Part shown: positions 29,921 to 41,138 of the stretch, in pieces | How the letters are laid out: each line of letters begins with the position of its first letter | Numbering within the stretch: the first letter of the stretch is position 1 | DNA from: an uncultured Chlamydiae bacterium | GTDB taxonomy: Bacteria; Chlamydiota; Chlamydiia; Chlamydiales; JAJFMA01 | NCBI GenBank assembly: GCA_963713615.1 | Contig: CAVQMM010000001.1 | Location: 544,001-608,000 of the forward strand | Length of the DNA: 64,000 nt | Direction of reading: 5' to 3' | The notes under the pieces: model-generated | The model's database searches: none | Told to the model about the DNA's origin: nothing | The model's input: only the letters and a program-made list of their open reading frames with translations | Position numbers and translations under genes: made by a program

Positions 29921-31768
29921 GTGAGGATGAAGTTAATGGTTAGAAATCGCAGCGAAGTTCCGAAAGAGGATCAATGGTGTGTTGAGGATTTATTTGCCGA
30001 TCTTGGAGCCTGGCAGAAGGCTTTCGATGAAGTGAAGGGATTGGATAAGCAACCCCATTGGCCTGAGATAGCGGCCTATCGTGATACGCTATCTGATGGT
30101 GCCACGCAGGTACGAGATACCTTGGAATGTATCCTGGGATTGGAACGACGGCTTGCTGCGCTGCATACCTATGCACACCTAAGGCACGACGAAGATATTA
30201 CTCATGCAGCACACAAAGATGCCTACGTACGCATTATAGGGCGCTTTCATGATTTTGCGCAGGAGACCTCGTGGTTTGAACCCGAGTTATTGGGGCTTCC
30301 TGAAGAGCTTCTAGAAACGTATGTTCAAGCGCCTGAGCTGGAGAGGTACCGCTTCCATATCGAGAAAATTATTCGTATGAAGCTGTATACGCTGCCACCA
30401 GAGCAGGAAGAACTGATGGCGATGGCTGCTAAAGCCTTTCAAGCACCTCACCGAGCTTTTTCAGCGATCAATGACGCAGATTTTAAATTTGGCAAAGTTG
30501 TTGATAAGGATGGTAGGGAATACGATTTAACGCACGGGTCTTATGGAATCTTCATCCGCTCTCACGATCGAGTCCTTCGAGCTAATAGCTTCAACCGTCT
30601 TCACGGTCAGTATGAGTCCTTTCAGCATACCTTGTGTGAACTTCTAAATGGTCAGGTGCAGCGTCATCTATTTGACGCGCGTGCCAGAGGCTTCTCATCT
30701 TGTGTCGAGGCTGCACTATACCCCAAGAATGTTAATGTTGACGTTTATGATTCTCTCATCAAGGCTGTCAGGGATAACATGGACGTTCTACATGACTATA
30801 TGGGGCTGCGTAAAGAGCTTCTAGGAGTTGATGAGCTACATATGCATGACCTTTATGTGCCACTGACTTCTCAAATAGATCTTAAATTTACTTATGAAGA
30901 AGCCGAACAGCTTGTAATAGATTCTGTTGCTCCTTTGGGTAACGACTATGAGCGATTTTTACGAGAAGGTTTGAAGCAACAACGCTGGGTTGATCGTTAT
31001 GAAAATGCCAACAAACGTTCTGGAGCCTATTCCAGTGGATGTTACGATAGTCATCCCTATATCTTAATGAACTTTAAAGGGGTGCTGCGAGATGCGTTTA
31101 CCTTAGCGCACGAGGCAGGACATAGCATGCATAGTCTGTACAGCCGCCGCACACAACCATTTCATTATTCCAGTTATCCCATCTTTGTTGCTGAAGTAGC
31201 CTCTACGTTTAATGAAGAACTCCTCATGCAACGCCTTTTAGCGCAGGCTACGACTAAAGAAATGCGCATCTTTCTCATCAATGAAAAATTAGAAGACATC
31301 CGTACAACGCTCTTTCGGCAAACGATGTTTGCTGAGTTTGAACGTCAGCTGCACCGATGGGTAGAGATGGACACACCATTGACAGTGAATCTACTAAGCA
31401 CCGAATACGCTAAATTAAATAAAGCGTACTTTGGTCCAGAGGTGATTGTGGATGATGCCGTAAAAGTGGAGTGGGCACGAATTCCACATTTCTACTACAA
31501 CTTCTATGTCTATCAATACGCTACCGGAATCAGTGCGGCACTGGCATTAGTGGATCAGGTCACGCAGGGAGGAGTTGAGGAACAAGCGGCCTACCTCAAG
31601 TTTCTTAAAGGAGGGTGTAGTGCGTATCCTCTTGATCTTCTCAGAGCTGCAGGTATTGACATGCGCTCGCCCCTTCCCGTCGAACGCGCCATTGGTCGTT
31701 TTCGAACTCTGCTTGAGGAACTGAAGACGCTTACTAGGAAAGAGGGCAGTGATCATGACAAAGGATAA
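29921..31768 (+). CDS. pepF: Oligoendopeptidase F
   Basis: KRSGAYS, HEAGHSMH, AEVAS, WARIPHFY. Confidence 0.96.
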   Translation: MRMKLMVRNRSEVPKEDQWCVEDLFADLGAWQKAFDEVKGLDKQPHWPEIAAYRDTLSDGATQVRDTLECILGLERRLAALHTYAHLRHDEDITHAAHKDAYVRIIGRFHDFAQETSWFEPELLGLPEELLETYVQAPELERYRFHIEKIIRMKLYTLPPEQEELMAMAAKAFQAPHRAFSAINDADFKFGKVVDKDGREYDLTHGSYGIFIRSHDRVLRANSFNRLHGQYESFQHTLCELLNGQVQRHLFDARARGFSSCVEAALYPKNVNVDVYDSLIKAVRDNMDVLHDYMGLRKELLGVDELHMHDLYVPLTSQIDLKFTYEEAEQLVIDSVAPLGNDYERFLREGLKQQRWVDRYENANKRSGAYSSGCYDSHPYILMNFKGVLRDAFTLAHEAGHSMHSLYSRRTQPFHYSSYPIFVAEVASTFNEELLMQRLLAQATTKEMRIFLINEKLEDIRTTLFRQTMFAEFERQLHRWVEMDTPLTVNLLSTEYAKLNKAYFGPEVIVDDAVKVEWARIPHFYYNFYVYQYATGISAALALVDQVTQGGVEEQAAYLKFLKGGCSAYPLDLLRAAGIDMRSPLPVERAIGRFRTLLEELKTLTRKEGSDHDKG

Positions 31769-31775
31769 TGATCTG

Positions 31776-31820
31776 GCGGGCGTTTACAAGTAAGCAACAG
31801 GCTAACTTGTAAACGCCCGC
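31776..31820. terminator. 20-bp stem-loop after pepF
   Basis: gcgggcgtttacaagtaagc-N5-gctaacttgtaaacgcccgc. There is no clear U-tract. Confidence 0.55.
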
Positions 31821-31830
31821 TAGGTCACGT

Positions 31831-31891
31831 TTAGCACATTGTTTGTCGATGTGCTAATTCACTTGCTCAAAATTGAGTTCCCTGCTATCTT
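31831..31891 (+). promoter_or_regulatory. CIRCE (HrcA operator) variant and groESL promoter
   Basis: TTAGCACAT-N9-ATGTGCTAA (31831-31857) followed by TTGCTC-N17-TATCTT. Confidence 0.85.
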
Positions 31892-31952
31892 TTTGATTTC
31901 GGAAACGTCCTTAGAGGCACTTTAAGATAAACCACAAGAGGAGACTAGACCT

Positions 31953-32270
31953 ATGGCACAGACACAGCAGAATACCAAAATTAAGCTGCGCCCTCTGGGC
32001 AATCGCGTATTAGTGAGACGTCTCGAAGCTGAAGAGACTTTGAAAGGCGGAATTATCCTTCCTGATACAGCCAAGAAGCAGCAGGAGTCCGCTGAGGTTG
32101 TAGCAATCGGACCAGGCAAGAAAGACAAAGAGGGGAAAGAGATCCCTATCGCTGTGAAAGTTGGTGACATCATTCTCATGGAAAAATATTCCGGACAGGA
32201 AGTGACTGTCGATGACGAAACTTTTGTGATTATTAAAGCAGACGATCTTATCGCCGTCGTCGAGAAATAG
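31953..32270 (+). CDS. groES: Co-chaperonin GroES
   Basis: LRPLGNRVLV, GGIILPDTAK. Confidence 0.98.
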   Translation: MAQTQQNTKIKLRPLGNRVLVRRLEAEETLKGGIILPDTAKKQQESAEVVAIGPGKKDKEGKEIPIAVKVGDIILMEKYSGQEVTVDDETFVIIKADDLIAVVEK

Positions 32271-32301
32271 AGTTATTATCGTTACAAGGACAAGGAGTTA
32301 G

Positions 32302-33930
<1,629 letters not shown>

Positions 33931-33943
33931 AAGCATCCTTCGT

Positions 33944-33980
33944 TAGCCGGGGCTATTCAGGTCCCGGCTATATCGTTTTT
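33944..33980 (+). terminator. Probable intrinsic terminator of groESL
   Basis: tagccggg...cccggcta followed by a T-rich tract. Confidence 0.6.
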
Positions 33981-33983
33981 AGA

Positions 33984-34267
33984 GTAGGGGTGTGTTAAAC
34001 TTTTTTTAACGCAAACATACTCTACCAGGGCACGAAGCATTAAAACGATTTTTTGAACTTAGTTTCCTCCCGTCCTCCTTGTGCGCGAGCCTGTGTGTGT
34101 GCCCATAAGTTCATGGGGCTTTTTTAGGATTTTTACCGCTGAGGCGCCGAGACACCGAGGAGAGAGAGGATTAGGAGAGAATGTGCCGTTTGTGTGTCCT
34201 TGGGCAAAATTCTGCCCAAGGGCCTCTTGAGGGGTTTGCGTTAAGAAGAAGTCAAACATACCCCTAC
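33984..34267. repeat. GTAGGGG-ended inverted-repeat element containing half of the 29.4-kb element
   Basis: Arms gtaggggtgtgttaaactttttttaacgcaaac / gtttgcgttaagaagaagtcaaacatacccctac. Positions 34105-34236 match the reverse complement of about 29685-29825. Confidence 0.75.
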
Positions 34268-34331
34268 CCTATTCATCGCAATAAATTCGAGCAAGTGGTA
34301 TTCTATTGGTCTTCAACAAGATAGAGGGCTA

Positions 34332-35102
34332 TTGGTGAGAAAATTATTTTTTCTTTTTGCTGTACTACTTATCTGCGTCAGCTGGGCTGCATGGACCTAC
34401 CGCGTACATTTAGCTTCTGAAACCTTAACCCGCAGCCTAGGCGTTACAGCACAGGTACAGGATGTCGAGTTGTCCACTCATGGCTTAATTCTGCGTGGCC
34501 TTTCCTTAGGAGGGTCTGATGATCGTAAAGACCAACGTGCCATCTGTGTTGATTCCATTCGAGTAACTTTGAAGCCCTGGAATCTGTGGCAAAATCCGGC
34601 GCACATTTCTGAACTTAGTGTGGATGGCGTCTATTTGCTCTTGGATACAACATCGTGGCAAGCATTTGCACGAAATTGGGCTGTATTATTCGATCATTTG
34701 ACCTCTAAGGACTCTAAGGAGTCTAATGCTGAGAGTCATGCCACTTATGAGCCTAAAACCTATGTGATTGATCATGTTGTTATCACAAATATCCATGTTT
34801 CGAGAGACAGGAAGTCGATTCCTAAGCTTAGGGGTTCTGTGCCTGCTTTGGCTAGATTAGAGCTAGAGGATGTGGGATCGCGCTCTCCTCGCTCTCTACC
34901 TCAGACTGTACAACTTGTTTTAGGGGCCATTCTTGAGAATGTGACAGTTCTTCATCCTGAGTTCAGCAATGTTGCGGACCATGTTGTGCGCAATGCCGAT
35001 GAAGAGCTCCAAAAGGTGATGAAGTCGATCAAAGAGCAGTATCACGACACGAAAAAGGAAGGCATCTGGAAGCGTGTTCGGGGCTGGTTTGACTGGATGT
35101 AG
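34332..35102 (+). CDS. AsmA-like N-terminally anchored protein
   Basis: N-terminal TM followed by beta-rich AsmA-like segments (VQDVELS..LRGLSL, HISELSVDGV). Confidence 0.6.
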   Translation: MVRKLFFLFAVLLICVSWAAWTYRVHLASETLTRSLGVTAQVQDVELSTHGLILRGLSLGGSDDRKDQRAICVDSIRVTLKPWNLWQNPAHISELSVDGVYLLLDTTSWQAFARNWAVLFDHLTSKDSKESNAESHATYEPKTYVIDHVVITNIHVSRDRKSIPKLRGSVPALARLELEDVGSRSPRSLPQTVQLVLGAILENVTVLHPEFSNVADHVVRNADEELQKVMKSIKEQYHDTKKEGIWKRVRGWFDWM

Positions 35103-35104
35103 CC

Positions 35105-36613
35105 TCACTTGTTAAATCGCTGGGGGAATAATTCTACAGCTTTCTTCTTAGCCCAATCCTCCGATAGGAAGTGGTCTGGAAGATCAGAGCCTCTCGAGAT
35201 TTGTGCTTGTCTGACATTGTCCACAAAATGTTCATCTTCGGGATAGATTTGAGCGTAAGATTGAGGCGAAGTGACATATTCAAATCCGAATCCCTTCGAA
35301 GCCGTCATGATTTCATTGATGGAGTGGTCCTTTGAATCTAACATCCAGCCAAGACATGCAAGACGTCCTTTTTGTAAATCTTCCTTGGAATCCATTCCAA
35401 AATAAATACCCATCGTCAGAATCAGGTCAAGAGTCCCAGAGATTCCTGCAGCAGCAGGAGCTCTGACCGCTTCTATGGCGGTTAGATAATCGTGAGGGAT
35501 TTCCCTGTCAGCGTTTGTCAGAGGGCGGAACAAATAACTACCTGGTGTCCATTCGACTGGATTCTTTGCCTTTTCATGAAATTGTTCTTGCATCTGCGGT
35601 GGCATCTTTGTACTAGAAGGGCTGAGCTCCCCTGTGGCATGCCTGAGTTCTCTTTCACTCAGTTCAATTCTTCGTTGTGCATTGATGGGTGGATTGTTCT
35701 GAACTAACTTTGTCTTTTCTTCAATTGGCATGGGCGCTCTTAGCTTATCATCCCTTGTACTGTTCGCATAGGTTGTGTACGCGTAGGGAGGTAGATTTTT
35801 CTCTTGAACGGTCTTAAGCATCGGCATATTCAACTCAAATCCGGCGTTGGTTTCTTTCAATTTTTGATTGATCTTATCTGACATCTCAAGATCTCTTAAG
35901 ATCGCATTGGTGAAACGCCAAGTACATTTGTAGGGAAAATACATTTTTTCTCGTAAATTTCCTTCGGAAATTGCCTTACGTATGGAGAGTAAGTTTAGAC
36001 CCACACTACCTGCCTCGTCCTTAACTCCCTGAACCACTACCGACGATGAGGACGGATTCTCTTTTTTTTCCGCCATAATATCTATGAGCATTTCGTTAAC
36101 TTTTAATACAATAGCAGTTTGCTTTACATTTTCTGGCGTTGAAGCATTAATTCTCTCTTCACCCTCAAGCAGGACCTGGGCGTAGGCATTGAGAAAAGTC
36201 ATGAGACGTCCAGAAAGATTGTCAGCAAACTCAAGAGCATCAGGATGAGTGGCTGCGACATCAGCCACTGAGGCTTCTAGGGTATGTAGGGATTCTTTGT
36301 AATCACTAATACAACTATCTGCGATCAAGTGGATTTGTTCAGTGGATAGAGACTTATGCAATTCTTTGGGAATATCAACTTTTGGAACAATATACTGATA
36401 ATTGACTGGTCCCTTTAATTCCTTGACCATGCTTTGAGCTTGAGCTGATGTAACGGATGGAGACTGTACGTTACTCCCTAAATTTTTTATTGCTTCCAAG
36501 GGTAATTTGTTTTCAGGTTTTGATTCAGGTTTATTTGGAATATCACTAGGTGGAGTATTTTCGTTGAAACTATTATTGTAATTGCTATTATTTGAACTAT
36601 TTCTTACATCCAT
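35105..36613 (-). CDS. Hypothetical effector-like protein
   Basis: Intact AT-rich ORF with an N/S/P-rich disordered N-terminus. The C-terminal region has GISGT..HSINE. Confidence 0.7.
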   Translation of the reverse strand: MDVRNSSNNSNYNNSFNENTPPSDIPNKPESKPENKLPLEAIKNLGSNVQSPSVTSAQAQSMVKELKGPVNYQYIVPKVDIPKELHKSLSTEQIHLIADSCISDYKESLHTLEASVADVAATHPDALEFADNLSGRLMTFLNAYAQVLLEGEERINASTPENVKQTAIVLKVNEMLIDIMAEKKENPSSSSVVVQGVKDEAGSVGLNLLSIRKAISEGNLREKMYFPYKCTWRFTNAILRDLEMSDKINQKLKETNAGFELNMPMLKTVQEKNLPPYAYTTYANSTRDDKLRAPMPIEEKTKLVQNNPPINAQRRIELSERELRHATGELSPSSTKMPPQMQEQFHEKAKNPVEWTPGSYLFRPLTNADREIPHDYLTAIEAVRAPAAAGISGTLDLILTMGIYFGMDSKEDLQKGRLACLGWMLDSKDHSINEIMTASKGFGFEYVTSPQSYAQIYPEDEHFVDNVRQAQISRGSDLPDHFLSEDWAKKKAVELFPQRFNK

Positions 36614-36974
36614 AAATTGCTCCAGTAAGCTAATTTTTATTAGATGCTGCAAAGCAAAACAATTTAGTATAGATTTAGTCGATCATGTGCTGTGTAGTTA
36701 TTATTCTGTGAAGAGGGTAATAGTTTATTTACATACAATCATAGTTAATGAAGTATTATAGCTAAATTTTATTATAATTTATTATTTAAATATAATGCAA
36801 ATTAACGTTTCGATGATGTTTACCTAGTTTTAGAGGTTATTAGGCAATAGTAATTATGTTTTAAAAATAGAAGTTTTAAAAAAATATATATATACAATAA
36901 TTATTTAAAAATGTTATAATAGTGTTGTAAAAAAAAGATAGCGGTAAAGTAATAATTTGTGGGAGGTGTTTAGT

Positions 36975-38591
36975 ATGATAGTTGGTAATAATCAGTTAAA
37001 TTCGCCAGTTGCCTTAGCTAAAGATGGTTTAGTTAATACGATTAATGTCAAAAAAGACGTAGGGGCGGTCCAGACATTGGAAAAGCTTCATACGATTATT
37101 CAGGCTGTGGAAACTGTGAAGAAGGGAGCAACGAGCCGAGGCTACTGCGCCACGTATACATTGTTAAGTGGTCTCTTTAAGGTTGCCACTGGCAACTGGT
37201 TTTCCGGTGCCGTTGCTACTGGGGCTGGAGCAGTCGAACTTTACAAAATTTTTGGTAATCACCAAACAAATGATCTAAAGCGTTTGCTTGAAGATACAGG
37301 TGCTGGACTAGAAATGCTGCAAGCTTTGGATCAGGAAAATAAGAAATCTTTGATTTCCCTGGAGAGCGATCTTCAGAAGGTACAAGCAGGAATTAATGAG
37401 TTAACTAACAAGCTCAGTCAAGTGGAAGGGATTGCTACTTTCGGTCGTGTTGAATTAGAGCAACTCAAAGAAGAAGCCAAGGTTGAGTATACGAAAGCGA
37501 TTGCGATACAGCAAAAAGTCCTAGAAAAGCTCACTAGTGCAAAGGAAAAATTATCTAAAGGAACAGAAGCCTTAGCTAAATCTAAAGAGAGCATTCGTCA
37601 ACTCAGCGCTCAAGCTGATCAGACGGTTCGTAGCAGTGATGTAACGAAGGTTTTAGAGCAATTCCAAAAAGTGACCGAAGGAGCTATCAGCCAGTTTAGC
37701 AGTGCTCAGAAGATTATTGTTGAGGCTGACGAAGAGTTAAGCCAGGCAATCGGTTTGCTGCACGATTCCAATAAACAAAACGAACGTGCGATTACGGCAG
37801 CTACGACGGCTATTGCTACGGCATCAGAAAAGTTTAAGGCAATCAAAGAAATAGCCAAACATGAACAGCAGAAGGAAATACTCCAAGACAAAACGAAGTG
37901 CATGGAAAACGAAATTAAATTAATGCAAAAACGTGTCGATGAGCAAGAGGAAATCGTTAGAGATGCACAGCAAAATATTAAGGATGCCCAAGATGTGATC
38001 ACCTTCGGTATGCAGAGCGTGATTATCGGTGGTGGACTTGGAGCGTTTTTCGGTAATATGGTCGGTGCGCCTGTTATTGGAGCTCCCGTGGGTGTTATAG
38101 CCTATCATAATTGGCATAACGGCGGTGTGATTAGTCAAGCCACTTCCGCGGTTACGGGAAAAGTGCGCGGAGCGGTGTATGGAGCTGAGATTCATAAGCC
38201 AGCGGCTCCTGATGCCTCTAAGGAACTTCTAAAATTCACCTTTGATAACACCTCCAGTGGCTGGGGTGGTTGGATGTTAGGAAAGCGCTCGGCAACGGTA
38301 GGAAATCTCGAGATTAGTCTCGGTAAGGAAAAGATCAACTACCGCATCAATTTGAACAGCAAGATGCCTTTATCCATTACGGATATGGTTGATCTGCGCA
38401 AGCGTCTCATGGCGGCTGTAAGCAAGAACCCAGCTCTTGCAACTGAAGCGGAAAGCATTGTAAGTGGCTTGAAGACTCTTGAAATCAAGCGAGATGAACG
38501 CTCCACTATCAACGGTGTCGTTGGATCGTCAACTCCTTATTTTGGTGTTGACTACCAAAACCTTATCGCTCGTGCAAAGCAACAACGGTAG
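36975..38591 (+). CDS. Coiled-coil protein with two Gly-rich hydrophobic segments
   Basis: A long heptad-rich region is bracketed by TLLSGLFKVATGNWFSGAVATGAGAV and VIIGGGLGAFFGNMVGAPVIGAPVGVIAY. Confidence 0.75.
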   Translation: MIVGNNQLNSPVALAKDGLVNTINVKKDVGAVQTLEKLHTIIQAVETVKKGATSRGYCATYTLLSGLFKVATGNWFSGAVATGAGAVELYKIFGNHQTNDLKRLLEDTGAGLEMLQALDQENKKSLISLESDLQKVQAGINELTNKLSQVEGIATFGRVELEQLKEEAKVEYTKAIAIQQKVLEKLTSAKEKLSKGTEALAKSKESIRQLSAQADQTVRSSDVTKVLEQFQKVTEGAISQFSSAQKIIVEADEELSQAIGLLHDSNKQNERAITAATTAIATASEKFKAIKEIAKHEQQKEILQDKTKCMENEIKLMQKRVDEQEEIVRDAQQNIKDAQDVITFGMQSVIIGGGLGAFFGNMVGAPVIGAPVGVIAYHNWHNGGVISQATSAVTGKVRGAVYGAEIHKPAAPDASKELLKFTFDNTSSGWGGWMLGKRSATVGNLEISLGKEKINYRINLNSKMPLSITDMVDLRKRLMAAVSKNPALATEAESIVSGLKTLEIKRDERSTINGVVGSSTPYFGVDYQNLIARAKQQR

Positions 38592-38615
38592 GGCGATCAT
38601 CCATTAATGTGTCAC

Positions 38616-38660
38616 AAAGACGCAAAAGTAACGATCCTAATCGTGCTTTTGCGTCTTTTT
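38616..38660 (+). terminator. Intrinsic terminator
   Basis: aaagacgcaaaag...cttttgcgtcttt followed by T's. Confidence 0.65.
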
Positions 38661-38727
38661 CTATGTTAATGATTTGAAATAGGATACAGTATTTGTACAT
38701 ACTTCAGAACGTGCAAAGGTTATTTCC

Positions 38728-39846
38728 ATGGCTCACAGCAAGCTTATCGTTGTCAAAATAGGCACTAGCACCCTCACAAATCGTACTAAGCAGCTGTCTC
38801 GTCCGCATATGTTGCAGGTTGCCAGCCAGGTTTCTGCTCTGCATGAAATGGGCCATCGCGTCATCGTAGTGACTTCGGGATCCGTTGCTGCTGGACGTGA
38901 GGAGATGGGGCATAAGAAGTATGCTGCTACCTTGCCGGCAAAGCAGATGTTGTCCTCGATTGGACAGGTGCGCCTTATGGAGGCATGGTCAGGACTTTTT
39001 GGTATTTTTGGACTGACTGTTGGGCAGATTTTGTTAAGCCGCGGGGACTTTGCTAATCGTCGCCACTACCTCAATATTCGTGACACGATATGGGCGCTTC
39101 TTCATCATGATGTCATCCCTATTATCAATGAAAATGACCCTGTGGCTACGGCTGAGCTACGTTTTGGTGACAACGACAATCTCGCCGCCTTAGCGGCAAA
39201 TCTAGTTGCTGCGGATCTGTTAGTGATTATCACGGACCAGCAAGGTTTATATACCGCCGATCCCTCTAAAGATTCTAAAGCCACCTTGATTTCTACGGTT
39301 GAGGAGATCGATGAACGTATTATGGAATTGGCTGGTGCATCATCGTCCTCGGCACAAGGAACTGGTGGAATGTACACAAAGTTGCAAGCGGCTCGTCTGG
39401 CGACTGCGAGTGGAACACAAGCCGTGATTGCTTCGTTGCGTGAGCCTGATGTCCTTATTCGCCTTGCTAAAGGAGAGTCCCTTGGGACACTGTTTACCTC
39501 ACATACGACCCCGTTGGAAAGCCGCAAACGCTGGTTGCTGTCGGAACGGATACAAGGTGTCATTAGCGTTGATACTGGAGCCAAGAAGCAAATTTTGGAA
39601 CGTGGTGCTAGCTTGCTGCCAGTTGGCGTCTCAGCAGTTGAGGGGGATTTCGAACGAGGTGCTGTGATTGGCGTGCATCTTGCTGATGGCAAGCCTTTTG
39701 CTGTAGGTATCACTAACTATTCTAGTGCAGAAGTCCGCAGGTTGCTTAAGGCACAATCAGAAGAAATCGAGAAGATTTTAGGATATAGCCTAGGCGACGA
39801 GATCATCCATCGCGATAACCTTGTAGCCAGGAGCAAAGAGTCATGA
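38728..39846 (+). CDS. proB: Glutamate 5-kinase
   Basis: VVKIGTS, PIINEND, FGDNDNL, GTGGMYTK and a C-terminal PUA domain. Confidence 0.97.
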   Translation: MAHSKLIVVKIGTSTLTNRTKQLSRPHMLQVASQVSALHEMGHRVIVVTSGSVAAGREEMGHKKYAATLPAKQMLSSIGQVRLMEAWSGLFGIFGLTVGQILLSRGDFANRRHYLNIRDTIWALLHHDVIPIINENDPVATAELRFGDNDNLAALAANLVAADLLVIITDQQGLYTADPSKDSKATLISTVEEIDERIMELAGASSSSAQGTGGMYTKLQAARLATASGTQAVIASLREPDVLIRLAKGESLGTLFTSHTTPLESRKRWLLSERIQGVISVDTGAKKQILERGASLLPVGVSAVEGDFERGAVIGVHLADGKPFAVGITNYSSAEVRRLLKAQSEEIEKILGYSLGDEIIHRDNLVARSKES

Positions 39847-41108
39847 GCCTTATAGACCTCTGCAAAGAAGTTAAAAAAGCAGCCACTGCCATGGCTAGCG
39901 CTGAAACGTCAGCAAAAAACAAGACACTGTTGGCCTTGGCTGTATTGCTAAATAGAGAGCAGGCCAATCTTTTGGAATGCAATAAGAAAGATCTAGAAGC
40001 AGCGCGTGAAGCTGGCGTCGGCGAGGCTATGTTGGATCGCCTTAGCTTAGAAGGACGCATTGAAGGGATGGCGCGCGATGTCTTATCCGTCGCCAAGCTC
40101 CATGACCCTGTGGGAGAGGTCTTTTATGAGACCATTCTTCCTAATGGTCTTAAGTTAGTGAAGGAACGTACCCCCATAGGCGTTTTGGGGGTTATTTACG
40201 AAGCGCGGCCCAATGTAACCATCGATGTTGCTGCTCTGGCTATCAAAAGCGGTAACTGCGCGATTTTGCGCGGTGGCAAGGAAGCCTTGCATACGAATCG
40301 CGCTCTTGTAGATATCGTATCGAGGGCATTGAAGGAGGGGGGGCTTCCGTGGCGGGCTATTCAATTTATTGACGATACTAGCAGAGAGAAGGTCTCGGAG
40401 CTTCTTAAAATGCATGCTTATGTGGATTTGATTATTCCACGTGGAGGAGCCGCCCTACATCAATTCTGTCGTGAAAACAGCGTTATTCCAGTTATTACCG
40501 GAGGTATGGGCATTTGTCATCTATTCGTGGATGACGATGTCGATGTTGTAGCCGTGATGCCTGTTATCGAGAACGCCAAGATTCAAAGACCCTCAGCATG
40601 CAATGCTTTGGACACGCTATTGGTACATACTGCGGTGGCAGATACTATTTTTCCATTGCTGATAGAGCAATTGGGAGGCAAAGGTGTTACTTTTTGTGTC
40701 GATGCCGATGCCATGGAACGCTTTAAAAAATATGTACCAGCTGGTTTTGATAAAGTTCGTGTCGCGGCAGAAGCTGATTGGGATACCGAATGGCTAGGGC
40801 TGACGCTAGGAGTCAAAATCGTCTCCTCGCTTGATGAGGCCATTGCTCATATTCAGGCGCACAGTCAGGCCCATAGCGATGGCATTCTTACCCGCAATAT
40901 GGACCATGCGCGGCGTTTTGTTCGAGAAGTGGATTCAGCAGCTGTATACGTCAATGCTTCTACGCGCTTCACCGATGGGGGGCAGTTTGGCTTGGGTGCT
41001 GAGGTTGCTGTCAGTACACAGAAGCTACATGCGCGCGGACCTATGGGGCTGCAAGAGCTTACCACCTATAAGTGGGTGGCTTGGGGAAATAACCATGTGC
41101 GTTCTTAG
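39843..41108 (+). CDS. proA: Gamma-glutamyl phosphate reductase
   Basis: IYEARPNVT, PSACNA, NASTRFTDG, STQKLHARGPMG. Confidence 0.97.
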   Translation: MSLIDLCKEVKKAATAMASAETSAKNKTLLALAVLLNREQANLLECNKKDLEAAREAGVGEAMLDRLSLEGRIEGMARDVLSVAKLHDPVGEVFYETILPNGLKLVKERTPIGVLGVIYEARPNVTIDVAALAIKSGNCAILRGGKEALHTNRALVDIVSRALKEGGLPWRAIQFIDDTSREKVSELLKMHAYVDLIIPRGGAALHQFCRENSVIPVITGGMGICHLFVDDDVDVVAVMPVIENAKIQRPSACNALDTLLVHTAVADTIFPLLIEQLGGKGVTFCVDADAMERFKKYVPAGFDKVRVAAEADWDTEWLGLTLGVKIVSSLDEAIAHIQAHSQAHSDGILTRNMDHARRFVREVDSAAVYVNASTRFTDGGQFGLGAEVAVSTQKLHARGPMGLQELTTYKWVAWGNNHVRS

Positions 41109-41138
41109 ACTTATGGTTGCTTCTACTGCTGACCATCA

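Noticed and set aside
29587..29943. ORFs over the 29.4-kb, 34.1-kb and 44.4-kb repeats
   Set aside because: The shared peptides derive from the repeat family, not from genes.
39105..39713. 202-aa antisense ORF in proB and similar shadow ORFs in groEL, msbA, MCP and others
   Set aside because: They lie opposite well-supported genes and have no recognisable motifs.
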